Source: a virus
Length of the DNA stretch: 64,000 bases
Direction: 5' to 3' (one strand)
IMG/VR virus record: IMGVR_UViG_3300012936_003649
Location: 1-64,000 of that record
The first letter of the stretch is position 1, and each line of letters begins with the position of its first letter. This document shows positions 32,401 through 41,076 of this stretch, piece by piece. The notes under the pieces are model-generated. The model made no database searches and was not told the DNA's origin. It saw only the letters and a list, made by a program, of their open reading frames with translations. Position numbers and translations under genes: made by a program.

Positions 32401-32813
32401 TTGATATCGATCCTGAGGCATGGAAAATAGCAGAAGTATTCAATTCAGATTTAGTTAGTGATGCATGGAAATTTAAAGCAACAACACAAGATATAATGGA
32501 TATAAATTATATTGAACACAGTTATACAACTGAAAGGCTTGACGGCACAACTGCTCCTTTGACAGAAATGCCACACACTATTATCAACACAAGTTGTGAA
32601 CATATTGATAATTTTTCTAAATGGTATGATTTATTACCAGAAGGCAGATTAATAATATTACAAAGCAACAACTATTTTAGCATTGAAGAACATGTAAATT
32701 GTTCTAATAGTTTACAAGAGTTTAGTACAAGTGCACCTATGCAAAAAGTTTTATATGAAGGTGAACTTGACTTAGGTCAATACACGAGGTATATGAAAAT
32801 TGGACGTAAGTAA
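29430..32813 (+). CDS. Fusion: two tandem GT-A-like domains + ~12 helical 23-aa repeats + class I SAM methyltransferase-like domain
   Basis: Duplicate SYDE...RIHGV.G...AH...(I/V)DGD...GxGG(I/V)K...WRxxFRE domains; repeats EDLRKxxxExNxHSLFRLLG; C-terminal LCAGWY...RSFDID...IINTSCEH. Confidence 0.7.
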   Translation: MKQFKVLDYDIIYLSYDEPNAEENYTNLLTKVPWAKRIHGVEGSDAAHKACAEISDTKRFITIDGDNQIDEQFLNQTINFQEGVDLSRHVVSWTADNIINGLRYGNGGIKCWDRETVLKMKTHENADPDNIAAGIDFCWDLEYIQINSLMSTVHNNATPHQAWRAGFREGVKMCLVEGIKPAKKELIGNHWKNLERLYVWCMAGADVPNGLWAIYGAREGLHKTMCTDWDYVNVRDFEYLNNLWKEKIQTEDDLLDACKDYGERILAEIELPIAVTPLDAQQSVFFKKTYRNPPRPEHPYIRTNTTQFNTFSSNFIPTKKTEYDIVMISYDEANADENFNKLKTRFPRAQRIHGVKGIHQAHIAAANLCSTEMFWIVDGDAIIDDNFNFDYVAEDNRAVHVWRSKNPINDLVYGYGGVKLFPTQMTRDMDTSRPDMTTSISDRFKKMEKISCITGFNTSEFSTWRSAFRECAKLASKVIDRQKEDETNERLKTWTTVGHDRPFGEYALAGATAGMEFGLSRGSDLRLINDFNWLYEQFTETTDTTEEWQHMYGDKTNTPVSEPVDIEPVEIQADTEWKQTVPFKEDEPLPPRDNFIVDLLDRFEILYGDKVTNLRRFYNDGHMLDILRIIGNEDLRKFVEERNYHSLFRYLEDKGIEDIEDIRKMYIEKNVHSLFRLLGEDHDELRKVVTEDNVHSLFRLVGDEHEDLRKTVVEENLHSLFRLLGDKHEDLRQVVVQENIAHLFDMLGPDYEDLRKAIFDKNIYSLFRVLGPNHDNMRSAMLDKNLHGLFRVLGNEYEDLRKATLEKNFHALFRVLGDEYEDLRKAVTEKNVHSLFRLIDNSDTTEDLRKALVESNEMSLFRLIEDKDTLVEDIKKAGLFKNIWSIKRLEPSVTDEVNLTMDNNRHALWRVLEKHTGSLYVKPLEILDKQNINYDKDVMSRGQLKSKKWLVEEVKKVCPDLGTVFLCAGWYSSVVPMLQEAKIDFEKIRSFDIDPEAWKIAEVFNSDLVSDAWKFKATTQDIMDINYIEHSYTTERLDGTTAPLTEMPHTIINTSCEHIDNFSKWYDLLPEGRLIILQSNNYFSIEEHVNCSNSLQEFSTSAPMQKVLYEGELDLGQYTRYMKIGRK
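31326..32170 (+). repeat. In-frame ~69-nt degenerate tandem repeat (23-aa unit, ~12 copies)
   Basis: Recurrent gaagatttacgtaaa...catagtttatttaga; consensus EDLRKAVxEKNxHSLFRLLGDEH. Confidence 0.9.
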
Positions 32814-33024
32814 ATTAACACTTAGAGAATTACAAACTGAAAGTGCTAGAGCCTTAAGTACTATGGAAGCAACTAATAATAACATTTATAAGTTCAACAA
32901 GCAAGCACATCACAATAGCCAAAATTGGTATGTGGCTGTGATTGAGTGGTATGTAAATACATATGGAGGACTTCCAAGCCAAGTAGGCCCAGGGAAAGAT
33001 GTAAAATTAGTATACGATGTATAG
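32800..33024 (+). CDS. Small hypothetical protein (74 aa)
   Basis: TTG start after GAGG; fills the gap and overlaps both neighbours. Confidence 0.6.
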   Translation: MDVSKLTLRELQTESARALSTMEATNNNIYKFNKQAHHNSQNWYVAVIEWYVNTYGGLPSQVGPGKDVKLVYDV

Positions 33025-34099
33025 ATACGAAAATATTAAGGAAGTGCATTTAGAAGTTACACAAAGGTGCCAAGCGGCATGTCCTATGTGTGATCGTAAT
33101 ATGAACGGTGGTGCTGATAATCCTCATATTACAAATGCTGAACTAAGTTTAGAAGATGCAAAACAAATGTTCAAACCGGAGTTTATTCAGCAGTTAAATG
33201 TTATGTATATGTGCGGCAACCTAGGAGATCCTATTGTTGCAAAAGATACATTAGAAATATTTCAATACTTTAGAGAACACAATGCTAATATGTGGTTAAG
33301 TATGAATACAAATGCAGGTGCAAAAGATATTTACTGGTGGGCAAAACTTGCAGAAGTAATAGGACGCAGAGGTGCTGTAATTTTTAGTGTAGACGGATTG
33401 CGTGACACTAATCATTTGTATAGGCAAAACGTTGTATGGGATAATGTAGAACGTAATATGCAAGCATTTATTGATGCTGGCGGCAGAGCCCGTTGGGACT
33501 TTTTAATATTTCAACACAACGAACATCAAGTAGAAGAAGCAGAAGCACTTGCAAATCAATGGGGTTGTGAAAAATTTATTAAGAAAAAATCAGGTAGATT
33601 CATTACAAGTGATATTAAACCAAAGTATGAACACCAAGCAGTAAATCGAAAAGGTGCAGAAACACAAAAATTGGCTCCGCCTAAAGAAGAAAAGAATAAG
33701 AATTTAGCATTACTAAAACAAAAAGAAATAGAAAAATCATACGGAAGTATGAAAGAATATTTAGACAAATGCAACATAACTTGTAAGGTTGCTAAACAAG
33801 GAAGTATTTTTGTTACAGCCGAAGGATTGTTAATGCCTTGTTGTTGGACCGCTGGACGTATGTACAAATGGTGGCATGAAGATCCTAAAGTAGAACAAAT
33901 ATGGGATCATATAGATAGTGCTGGTGGAAAAAAAGGCATCAGTCTAATTGACAATGATCTTAAAACAGTAGTCAATGGTAGGCTAATACATAGTATTTCA
34001 TCAAGTTGGAACAAGTCTAGTATTGCAGATGGTAAACTTGGAGTTTGTGCTCAAAAGTGTGGAAGCGAGTTTGATCCTTATGCAGAGCAGTTCAAGTAA
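33017..34099 (+). CDS. Radical SAM enzyme with C-terminal SPASM/twitch-like domain
   Basis: CQAACPMC; GNLGDP; SVDG; C-terminal CKVAKQGSIFVTAEGLLMPCCW...CAQKC. Confidence 0.9.
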   Translation: MYRYENIKEVHLEVTQRCQAACPMCDRNMNGGADNPHITNAELSLEDAKQMFKPEFIQQLNVMYMCGNLGDPIVAKDTLEIFQYFREHNANMWLSMNTNAGAKDIYWWAKLAEVIGRRGAVIFSVDGLRDTNHLYRQNVVWDNVERNMQAFIDAGGRARWDFLIFQHNEHQVEEAEALANQWGCEKFIKKKSGRFITSDIKPKYEHQAVNRKGAETQKLAPPKEEKNKNLALLKQKEIEKSYGSMKEYLDKCNITCKVAKQGSIFVTAEGLLMPCCWTAGRMYKWWHEDPKVEQIWDHIDSAGGKKGISLIDNDLKTVVNGRLIHSISSSWNKSSIADGKLGVCAQKCGSEFDPYAEQFK

Positions 34100-35233
34100 T
34101 TATTTACTGCTATAATAACAATCTGCATTAAATCCAATAAATTTATCAATACTTTCGTATTTTACTTTTCTTTTGTAATCAGGACGAGGATTTACAGCCA
34201 TACCAAATTCAGATGCCATTATACTATGTAACGACACAGCCATTTGATGCATATGTGGTCTAGCATCCTCAGAGTCTAGACTTGCATTGTTACCTCTACT
34301 TTTAAGATTTTTAAAAGTTGAATAATCTTGATTGCCTTCTAAAGTTCTAAGTGCAACTAATTTTAGTTTCGGACCTAAATATTCATCTTTAAACAAATCT
34401 ACACCAAATGATCTAGCCATGATAGCATATCCAAACATACTATTTGCACCTAATGTATGATACCAATAACCCCTGTTACCTCTAAAACTATTGTTATTAA
34501 TGTATCCGTCTTTGGTAATTGTTTTAAGCATACTATTTCTACGTATTTTAATTTCCTTATATGCTAAATTTTTATCATTTGTCCAATGAGCATATGCAAG
34601 AACACCCATTCCACCATCACCCCATTCGTAAAAACCATTGTCGTGTAATGATGCTGAAGCATATGCTTTTACAAATTTATTGTATGCTTTCTTAAAGTAT
34701 TTTGAAAGTATTTGTTGATCGTTTTCAGTCATATGTTCTTTCAAAATTATAGCACTATACATCATAGCCATAAATGTAAAACTTGTGTGTTGCGGAGTAT
34801 GATTATGACACGTAGCATTTTTATCTCCATCCCCCCAACATCCACTATTACCAAACTTTCTAGTAGATAAAAGTGCTTCTGCTTTTGCAATATAAACAAG
34901 GGTAGCAACGACATCTTGTGCTAGACGTTTATTATTTGTTGCCTCGGCTTTATAAGTTTGTCTTAATAGTTCTGACCATCTATCTGATAATCCATCATGA
35001 TTAACAGTTAAACTAGTGTCATTTTCGAATAACTTGTTAGCATTAATTTTAGCAAGGTCTTTCGGAGGCAAACCTTCTGTTTTTGCTACTACACATTGTT
35101 TGCCTTTAATTTGATCTACAAGCAAATCATCCGGAAAATTTATTGGATTTTTGGCATCTAAAGAACCGCTATGAGCGGTCATACACCCAGTAAGTAGTAC
35201 TGTTGATAGTATTAAAGGTACAATTTTTTTCAT
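34100..35233 (-). CDS. Alginate-lyase-like (alpha/alpha-toroid polysaccharide lyase) lipoprotein
   Basis: Start re-called at ATG 35233: MKKIVPLILSTVLLTGC lipobox; DGYINNNSFRGNRGYWYHTLG resembles the RG..a..Yh catalytic region of PF05426-type lyases. Confidence 0.6.
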   Translation of the reverse strand: MKKIVPLILSTVLLTGCMTAHSGSLDAKNPINFPDDLLVDQIKGKQCVVAKTEGLPPKDLAKINANKLFENDTSLTVNHDGLSDRWSELLRQTYKAEATNNKRLAQDVVATLVYIAKAEALLSTRKFGNSGCWGDGDKNATCHNHTPQHTSFTFMAMMYSAIILKEHMTENDQQILSKYFKKAYNKFVKAYASASLHDNGFYEWGDGGMGVLAYAHWTNDKNLAYKEIKIRRNSMLKTITKDGYINNNSFRGNRGYWYHTLGANSMFGYAIMARSFGVDLFKDEYLGPKLKLVALRTLEGNQDYSTFKNLKSRGNNASLDSEDARPHMHQMAVSLHSIMASEFGMAVNPRPDYKRKVKYESIDKFIGFNADCYYSSK

Positions 35234-35244
35234 AAATTTATCCA

Positions 35245-35252
35245 TATAAATA
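35245..35252 (+). promoter_or_regulatory. T4-type late promoter TATAAATA
   Basis: Exact consensus in the divergent intergenic region upstream of 35330. Confidence 0.45.
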
Positions 35253-35268
35253 ATTAAAACTATAGTTA

Positions 35269-35296
35269 ATTGTAACATATAACAGCCAGAAGTCAA
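35269..35296 (-). promoter_or_regulatory. sigma70-like promoter TTGACT-N16-TACAAT (extended -10 TG) for the lyase gene
   Basis: Minus strand TTGACTtctggctgttatatgtTACAAT. Confidence 0.5.
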
Positions 35297-35318
35297 GGAA
35301 ATTGGTAAAATCCACGAA

Positions 35319-35324
35319 TAAGTA
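35319..35324 (+). promoter_or_regulatory. Late-like box TAAGTA 5 nt before ATG
   Basis: gaaTAAGTAatagtATG; no SD between box and ATG. Confidence 0.5.
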
Positions 35325-35329
35325 ATAGT

Positions 35330-36736
35330 ATGACAAACATTAAATACCCATCCGATACCTTCTGCCTTCTTCCCTGGGTGCATTTAAGCACAAGACCAGA
35401 TGGAAGTATGCGAGTTTGCTGTACTGCAAATGCAAGTTCAGTAGGACCTACTAATGACAAAGAGCATGGTGGGCAAGTAGGAATCCTAAAAGATGAACAA
35501 GGAAGACCTAACAATTTAAATGTAAGTGATTTTGAAACAGCATGGAATAGTACATATATGAAGAATGTACGAAAACAAATGCTGAATGGTGAAATGCCAC
35601 CTAGTTGTATTAAGTGTTATAAAGAAGAAGCCGCAGGACATAATTCAAAACGTATGTGGGAAACAGCATATTGGTCTGAGCGTGTTGATGTTGATAAAGT
35701 AATTGCTAATACAGGAGAAGACGGATCAGTGCCTCCACAACTTGCTTATATTGATTTACGTTTCGGTACAAAATGTCAATTAGCGTGTGTAATGTGTAGT
35801 CCGCACGATTCAAGTGGTTGGATTAAAGACTACAAAAAGATTTTTCCGGATGTAAAAAATGAATCTCTAAAAGAAACTATGCAATGGAAAGACAAAGGCA
35901 GTTATAACGGTAGTAGTTATAATTGGCACAAACAAAATCCTACATTTTGGAAACAGTTTTATGAGCAGATGCCTAGTATGCAACAAATTTATTTTGCAGG
36001 CGGCGAAAGTCTTATTATTGAAGAACACTACGAAATACTTGAACATGCTATCAAAATGGGCTATGCAAAAGATTTAGAACTACGTTATAATTCAAATGGT
36101 GTTGAATGGCGTGATGATTTGTTTGACTTATGGAAAGAATTTAAATTAGTACGTTTTCATTATTCAATAGATAGTATTAAAGAAATGAATGATTACATAC
36201 GTTATCCTAGTACTTGGAAACGTCAAGAAGAAGTTTTTCACATACTAGATAATGAAACAAGTAATAATGTAGAAGTAACAGTTGCTTGTGCAGTTCAAGC
36301 ACTAAACATATATTATATTCCTGACTTTATAAAGTGGAAACTTACACAAGGATTCAAAAAAATTAATATGTGGCCTTTTGGTGCAGGCGCTATTAACTAT
36401 CATTTTGTTTATCACCCTCCGCATTTGAATGTTAAAATTTTGCCTAAATGGTTCAAAGAAGAGTGTCGTAAAAAGTACGAAGAATTTTACCCTTGGTGGG
36501 AAGAAAATTGGGAACTAGGTGTTCCTAGTTGGCATAAAGGCAAAGTACCGTATCAAAAATGGCGTGATGCAAGTTATGGTATTAGTAGACTAGAAGGTAT
36601 GCTAAAATTTATGGAAAGCGAAGACTGGAGTAGGCGTTTGCCGGAAATGAAAGAGTTCCTTGACTTATGCGACAAACAGCGTGGAATAACTTTTGCTGAA
36701 ACATTCCCAGAAATGAAGGACATATTCAATGGCTAA
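35330..36736 (+). CDS. Radical SAM enzyme with N-terminal twitch domain
   Basis: FCLLPW...VCC...CIKC then CQLACVMC, AGGES, YSID. Confidence 0.9.
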   Translation: MTNIKYPSDTFCLLPWVHLSTRPDGSMRVCCTANASSVGPTNDKEHGGQVGILKDEQGRPNNLNVSDFETAWNSTYMKNVRKQMLNGEMPPSCIKCYKEEAAGHNSKRMWETAYWSERVDVDKVIANTGEDGSVPPQLAYIDLRFGTKCQLACVMCSPHDSSGWIKDYKKIFPDVKNESLKETMQWKDKGSYNGSSYNWHKQNPTFWKQFYEQMPSMQQIYFAGGESLIIEEHYEILEHAIKMGYAKDLELRYNSNGVEWRDDLFDLWKEFKLVRFHYSIDSIKEMNDYIRYPSTWKRQEEVFHILDNETSNNVEVTVACAVQALNIYYIPDFIKWKLTQGFKKINMWPFGAGAINYHFVYHPPHLNVKILPKWFKEECRKKYEEFYPWWEENWELGVPSWHKGKVPYQKWRDASYGISRLEGMLKFMESEDWSRRLPEMKEFLDLCDKQRGITFAETFPEMKDIFNG

Positions 36737-37925
36737 GCCAATTTGTAGTGCTGTTCAGCATGGATTAGCAATTACAGCATATGGAGCAGTCAATCCATGT
36801 TGTGCTAGTGGTGATTTCAAACACATAACTGAAATAGATAACATAGTTGATTATGTCAGGAATAATAAAGAATTAAAAGATAAACGTGCTATAGAGTATA
36901 CCGATGAATGGATACCAGAATGCACAGGCTGTGATCAAAAATCACGTAAAGGTTTGATATCTCGTAAAGATAAGATGTTAAATTGGTTTCCTTTCGCAGA
37001 TGAACAATGGTCGTTAAAAAACAAAGACACTTACATACACATGGATATAAGTTTTGGTAATACTTGTAGTCAGCAGTGTATTATGTGTAATAGTAATTTT
37101 AGTAGCAAATGGTTGAAGTATGACTTAGAATTAAATGAATCAAACGATAGTCGTAAAAAATTTGCAAGAAATTTTGATATTATGGCTTTAAAAAATTGGA
37201 GTTTAAATTATGAACAATTAGATCAAATTGCAAGTCTTGTATCATATGAGACTAGAATGATAGAAATTAAAGGGGGAGAACCTTTATACGATAAAAGATT
37301 CGATTACTTTGTACAAGCAGTTTTAAAACGTAATCCGAATGTAAAGATTAGCACTAATACCAACGGTATACACTTTAGTAAAAAAACTATTGACATGCTT
37401 AATAATATTAACAGATTAAATGTTGATATAAGTTATGACGGCACTGAAAAAGTATACGAATGGATTAGGTCTAGTAAGTGGGACATGGCTGTAGAAAATT
37501 ATAAAAGATGTTTGTCACATCTGCGCCATTGTCCCACTTTGAATTATACAACTATGATGTATAATGTAGATCATTTTGAAACATTTTATAATTGGGCGGC
37601 AGATATGTCAGAAAAATATGATAGGCGTGTGCCTCTGCATTTTACACAAGTAGTTACAGCACCAAAGCATATAGGACCTGCGTTTGCTTCAAAGGAGCGT
37701 ATAAAAAATGGCATAAGCCAATTAGAAATGATGTATGATGATCCTAGAGATGCAGGCGCAAGTGATAGTGCAATTTATAAACCCCGTATAAAAAACTTAA
37801 TTGCGTTCTTACAAAAGTGCTATGATCAAAAATTAGAAAGCAAAGAAAGTGAAAGGCATGTAGAAGTACATGACTGGTTAACAAAAGTAAGGGGATGGGA
37901 TATAAAAGATTATGCCAACATGTAA
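36729..37925 (+). CDS. Radical SAM enzyme with N-terminal twitch domain
   Basis: ICSA...PCC...CTGC then CSQQCIMC, KGGEP, TNTNG, ISYDG. Confidence 0.9.
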   Translation: MAKPICSAVQHGLAITAYGAVNPCCASGDFKHITEIDNIVDYVRNNKELKDKRAIEYTDEWIPECTGCDQKSRKGLISRKDKMLNWFPFADEQWSLKNKDTYIHMDISFGNTCSQQCIMCNSNFSSKWLKYDLELNESNDSRKKFARNFDIMALKNWSLNYEQLDQIASLVSYETRMIEIKGGEPLYDKRFDYFVQAVLKRNPNVKISTNTNGIHFSKKTIDMLNNINRLNVDISYDGTEKVYEWIRSSKWDMAVENYKRCLSHLRHCPTLNYTTMMYNVDHFETFYNWAADMSEKYDRRVPLHFTQVVTAPKHIGPAFASKERIKNGISQLEMMYDDPRDAGASDSAIYKPRIKNLIAFLQKCYDQKLESKESERHVEVHDWLTKVRGWDIKDYANM

Positions 37926-39072
37926 AGTACCATGGATGACTATTACCTTAGCGGCAAACGGCGGCATAAAGCCGTGTTGTGTCTACGAAGGTGGTGACTG
38001 GAGTATACATAATGGTGATACTTTAGACAGTGCATGGAAAGACATGGATACGTTAAGGCAAAAATTTATAAATGGTGAAAGGCCTAAAGAATGTAGACAA
38101 TGTTGGAAGCGTGAAGCAAGTTTAGGACACAGCCGTAGAACATGGTACGATGATAAAATAGAAGAATGGCCAAATGAATACAAATTAAATCCGCCTATGC
38201 AGTTACGTCATATGGATTTAAACTTTGGTAATACTTGCAATCTAAAATGTCGTATGTGTGGTAGTTGGGGAAGTACAGCATGGTTCAAAGAAGAAGAGAA
38301 ATTAATTGCTATTGATAGAGATTTCCAACGCAGTAGAGGACCAAGACGTCCTACTATTATCCCAGCAAGTTACTGGGAAGATAAAAAAGATATGTTTCAA
38401 TATTTAGAACGTATTGACTTTAAAGGTGGCGAGCCTATGATGCAAGATGGTATGTATGACTTTTTAGAATATCTTGTTGAATGGGGATACGCTCCTAAAA
38501 TTACTATTGCATATACAACCAATGGAACAAAAACACCAGAACGCTTGAAAGACTTGTGGCCTAAATTTAAAAGAGTAAAATTAATTATTAGTGTAGAAGG
38601 TACAGGAAAACTTTACGAATATATCCGTGGAGGAGATGTACAATCATTAGAAAGTTTAAAAGAAAATATTCATTGGTTTGATCAATTTGAAAATTTGCGT
38701 GGTAGTTTCAACAGTGCAATACAGATATACAATATTTTTGATTTGAACAATTTACTTGAATGGTTTAGAGATACTGTTAATGCTAGTAAAAAATGGCATA
38801 GAGATCCTGACACATTTAAATTTGATTGTTTAGTTTCTAGCCCACCTTATTTGAATATTAATATTATGCCAGATGAATTAAAACAAAAAGCAATAGAAAT
38901 TATAGATGAAAAAAACTATAAAAGTCTGCAAACAATTCGTACAGCATTAACTAGGTCGTCTTACAATAATAAGCAATGGGACTTGTTTGTTCGCTTTACT
39001 AATGAACTAGACAAAATGCGTGGCGGTATTCAATGTTTAGATGTTGTGCCACAACTAAAAGGATACATGTAA
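37912..39072 (+). CDS. Radical SAM enzyme with N-terminal twitch domain
   Basis: TCKVPW...PCC...CRQC then CNLKCRMC, KGGEP, TTNGT. Confidence 0.9.
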   Translation: MPTCKVPWMTITLAANGGIKPCCVYEGGDWSIHNGDTLDSAWKDMDTLRQKFINGERPKECRQCWKREASLGHSRRTWYDDKIEEWPNEYKLNPPMQLRHMDLNFGNTCNLKCRMCGSWGSTAWFKEEEKLIAIDRDFQRSRGPRRPTIIPASYWEDKKDMFQYLERIDFKGGEPMMQDGMYDFLEYLVEWGYAPKITIAYTTNGTKTPERLKDLWPKFKRVKLIISVEGTGKLYEYIRGGDVQSLESLKENIHWFDQFENLRGSFNSAIQIYNIFDLNNLLEWFRDTVNASKKWHRDPDTFKFDCLVSSPPYLNINIMPDELKQKAIEIIDEKNYKSLQTIRTALTRSSYNNKQWDLFVRFTNELDKMRGGIQCLDVVPQLKGYM

Positions 39073-40343
39073 TGACTAATCCTAAATTTTCACCTTATAA
39101 TTATTGTGTATATTTGAACAACCAGCCTTATATTGATAACGACGGTATGATTTTTTCATGTTGCAAAAACAGAAAAACACGCCTACCTTACAATATAAAA
39201 GATATGCCACTTATTGATATGTTTAACACTCCTGAGTTTATTGAAACTAGAAAACAAATGGCTGAAGGTATTATGCCATTTGGATGTGAACCGTGTTATA
39301 GTGCAGAAGCAAAAGGTCAAAACAATAGTTTTAGAATAAGAAGTTTGAAGGGTGTGCGTTTCAGAGATCATGGACCTGTTAAAACTTTACCGGAGGGTAT
39401 GGATCAATCAATTTATATTAAACCTTACCCTGACACTAAAATTAGGGCTTTAGATTTGAGATTAGGATCAACTTGCAATCTTACTTGCGTTATGTGTTAT
39501 CCTAGTGATAGTAATAAATGGCATAAAATATTTGAAGATTACGCTAGAACTGTAAACAAAGAAACTGAAAATGCAATAAACATTACAATGAATAGATATG
39601 ATCCTAAAAAACTTAATTGGGCTGAAGATCCTAAAGCATGGGATAATATTTTTTGTAGTATTGATGATGATGTCAAAAGGATATATCTTGCTGGCGGCGA
39701 ACCTTTTTATATTAGAGGATTTGAAGATTACTTGGTAGAATTATACAACAAGTGTCCGCAAGCATTTATAGAAATTAATACAAATGCAACACGCCTACTA
39801 CCTGAAAAATATTTGAAAAAATTAAAAGGAGCAAAATTAGGAATCCGTGTTAGCATTGATGGATTAGGAACAGTAGACGAATATGTACGTCAAGGAACTA
39901 AATGGGATGAAAAAGTACAAGTAATCGATCAATACCAAAAATATTTTGATATAACTAGTTTTGATATTACTGTAAGTTCTTTGAATGTGCATAATTTACC
40001 AGACACGCTTCAATGGATTAAAGACAATTATATTAATGAAAATGAGTTTCCTACAATACTTGTACGTCCTGTTATAAGTCAAAAAGGTTTGAGTATTAAT
40101 GTGCTTCCTTTACATGAACGACAGGAGATATTAAACAGATTAAATGCACTATTAGACAATTGGCCTAATTATAAGCGTAAACTTAATATTAATGAAGTTA
40201 TTGCTAAATTGTCTGAAGAACAAGTAGATGAAATTGATAAACTAGGAAGGATTATAAATTTTTGGGAAAAGTCGTCAAAAATAAGTTACGAAAATATCAA
40301 TCCAAAATTAATAAGGTGGGTACATGCAAACAGTAGCAGTTGA
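39072..40343 (+). CDS. Radical SAM enzyme with N-terminal twitch domain
   Basis: Start re-called at ATG 39072 (TAATG overlap); YCVY...SCC...CEPC then CNLTCVMC, AGGEP, SIDG. Confidence 0.9.
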   Translation: MTNPKFSPYNYCVYLNNQPYIDNDGMIFSCCKNRKTRLPYNIKDMPLIDMFNTPEFIETRKQMAEGIMPFGCEPCYSAEAKGQNNSFRIRSLKGVRFRDHGPVKTLPEGMDQSIYIKPYPDTKIRALDLRLGSTCNLTCVMCYPSDSNKWHKIFEDYARTVNKETENAINITMNRYDPKKLNWAEDPKAWDNIFCSIDDDVKRIYLAGGEPFYIRGFEDYLVELYNKCPQAFIEINTNATRLLPEKYLKKLKGAKLGIRVSIDGLGTVDEYVRQGTKWDEKVQVIDQYQKYFDITSFDITVSSLNVHNLPDTLQWIKDNYINENEFPTILVRPVISQKGLSINVLPLHERQEILNRLNALLDNWPNYKRKLNINEVIAKLSEEQVDEIDKLGRIINFWEKSSKISYENINPKLIRWVHANSSS

Positions 40344-41076
40344 ACATGCAAGTCCAAACCAAGCCAAGGTTGTAAAGATCGAATGGAATATGGGCAAACG
40401 TTGTAACTTTAATTGTAGTTATTGTGATGAATTTACCCATGACCATAAAAGTAAACACATGAGTTTTGAAGTTGCACAACGAACTATTGATAAAATTGTT
40501 AGTAAATTACCTGGTAGAAGATTTAAAATAAATTTAACAGGTGGAGAACCTACTGTTAATCCTAACTTTGAAAAAATATTAGATTACATGTATAGTAAAG
40601 GTATTGATGTTGGATTAACAACTAATGGCAGTAGAACACTAGAATTTTACAAAAGAATACTTCCAAAACTAGCAAGTTTTATTGTTAGTTATCATATGGA
40701 GTATCACAAGAGAGAAGTTATTCCTGAAAACATTGTAGCCTTAAAGAAACTAGCACTAGAACAAGACAGGTATATACACGTACATGTCCACATGATGATG
40801 TTGCCTACAACATTTGACGAAGCAAAAGAAGCAATAGAGTATCTAAAAGAAAATGATGTTCCTGTTGTTATGCGTAGAATACGTCCTGCAAGGATGAAGC
40901 AACATCCTGATAGTAAATTTAACGAAAAAGGTCAACTAATCGAAGGCCCTATATCTAGACCATTTTATGATGGTATTGTAACACAATTATTTAAAAACGG
41001 ATCTCCTTATTATGGAGGAGACAAAGACTATTATTCGGAAGATGAAATAGAATTTTTGGAGAATGCCGGTGTATAA
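40324..41076 (+). CDS. Radical SAM core domain (MoaA-like), N-terminal part of a split gene
   Basis: EWNMGKRCNFNCSYC, TGGEP, TTNGSR, SYH; lacks the Cys-rich C-terminus found in paralog 54721..55851. Confidence 0.85.
   Translation: MQTVAVEHASPNQAKVVKIEWNMGKRCNFNCSYCDEFTHDHKSKHMSFEVAQRTIDKIVSKLPGRRFKINLTGGEPTVNPNFEKILDYMYSKGIDVGLTTNGSRTLEFYKRILPKLASFIVSYHMEYHKREVIPENIVALKKLALEQDRYIHVHVHMMMLPTTFDEAKEAIEYLKENDVPVVMRRIRPARMKQHPDSKFNEKGQLIEGPISRPFYDGIVTQLFKNGSPYYGGDKDYYSEDEIEFLENAGV

Noticed and set aside
35234-35383. 50-aa N-terminal extension of the lyase ORF and ORF 35293..35514
   Set aside because: Overlaps the divergent rSAM gene and promoters; the lipoprotein signal begins at ATG 35233
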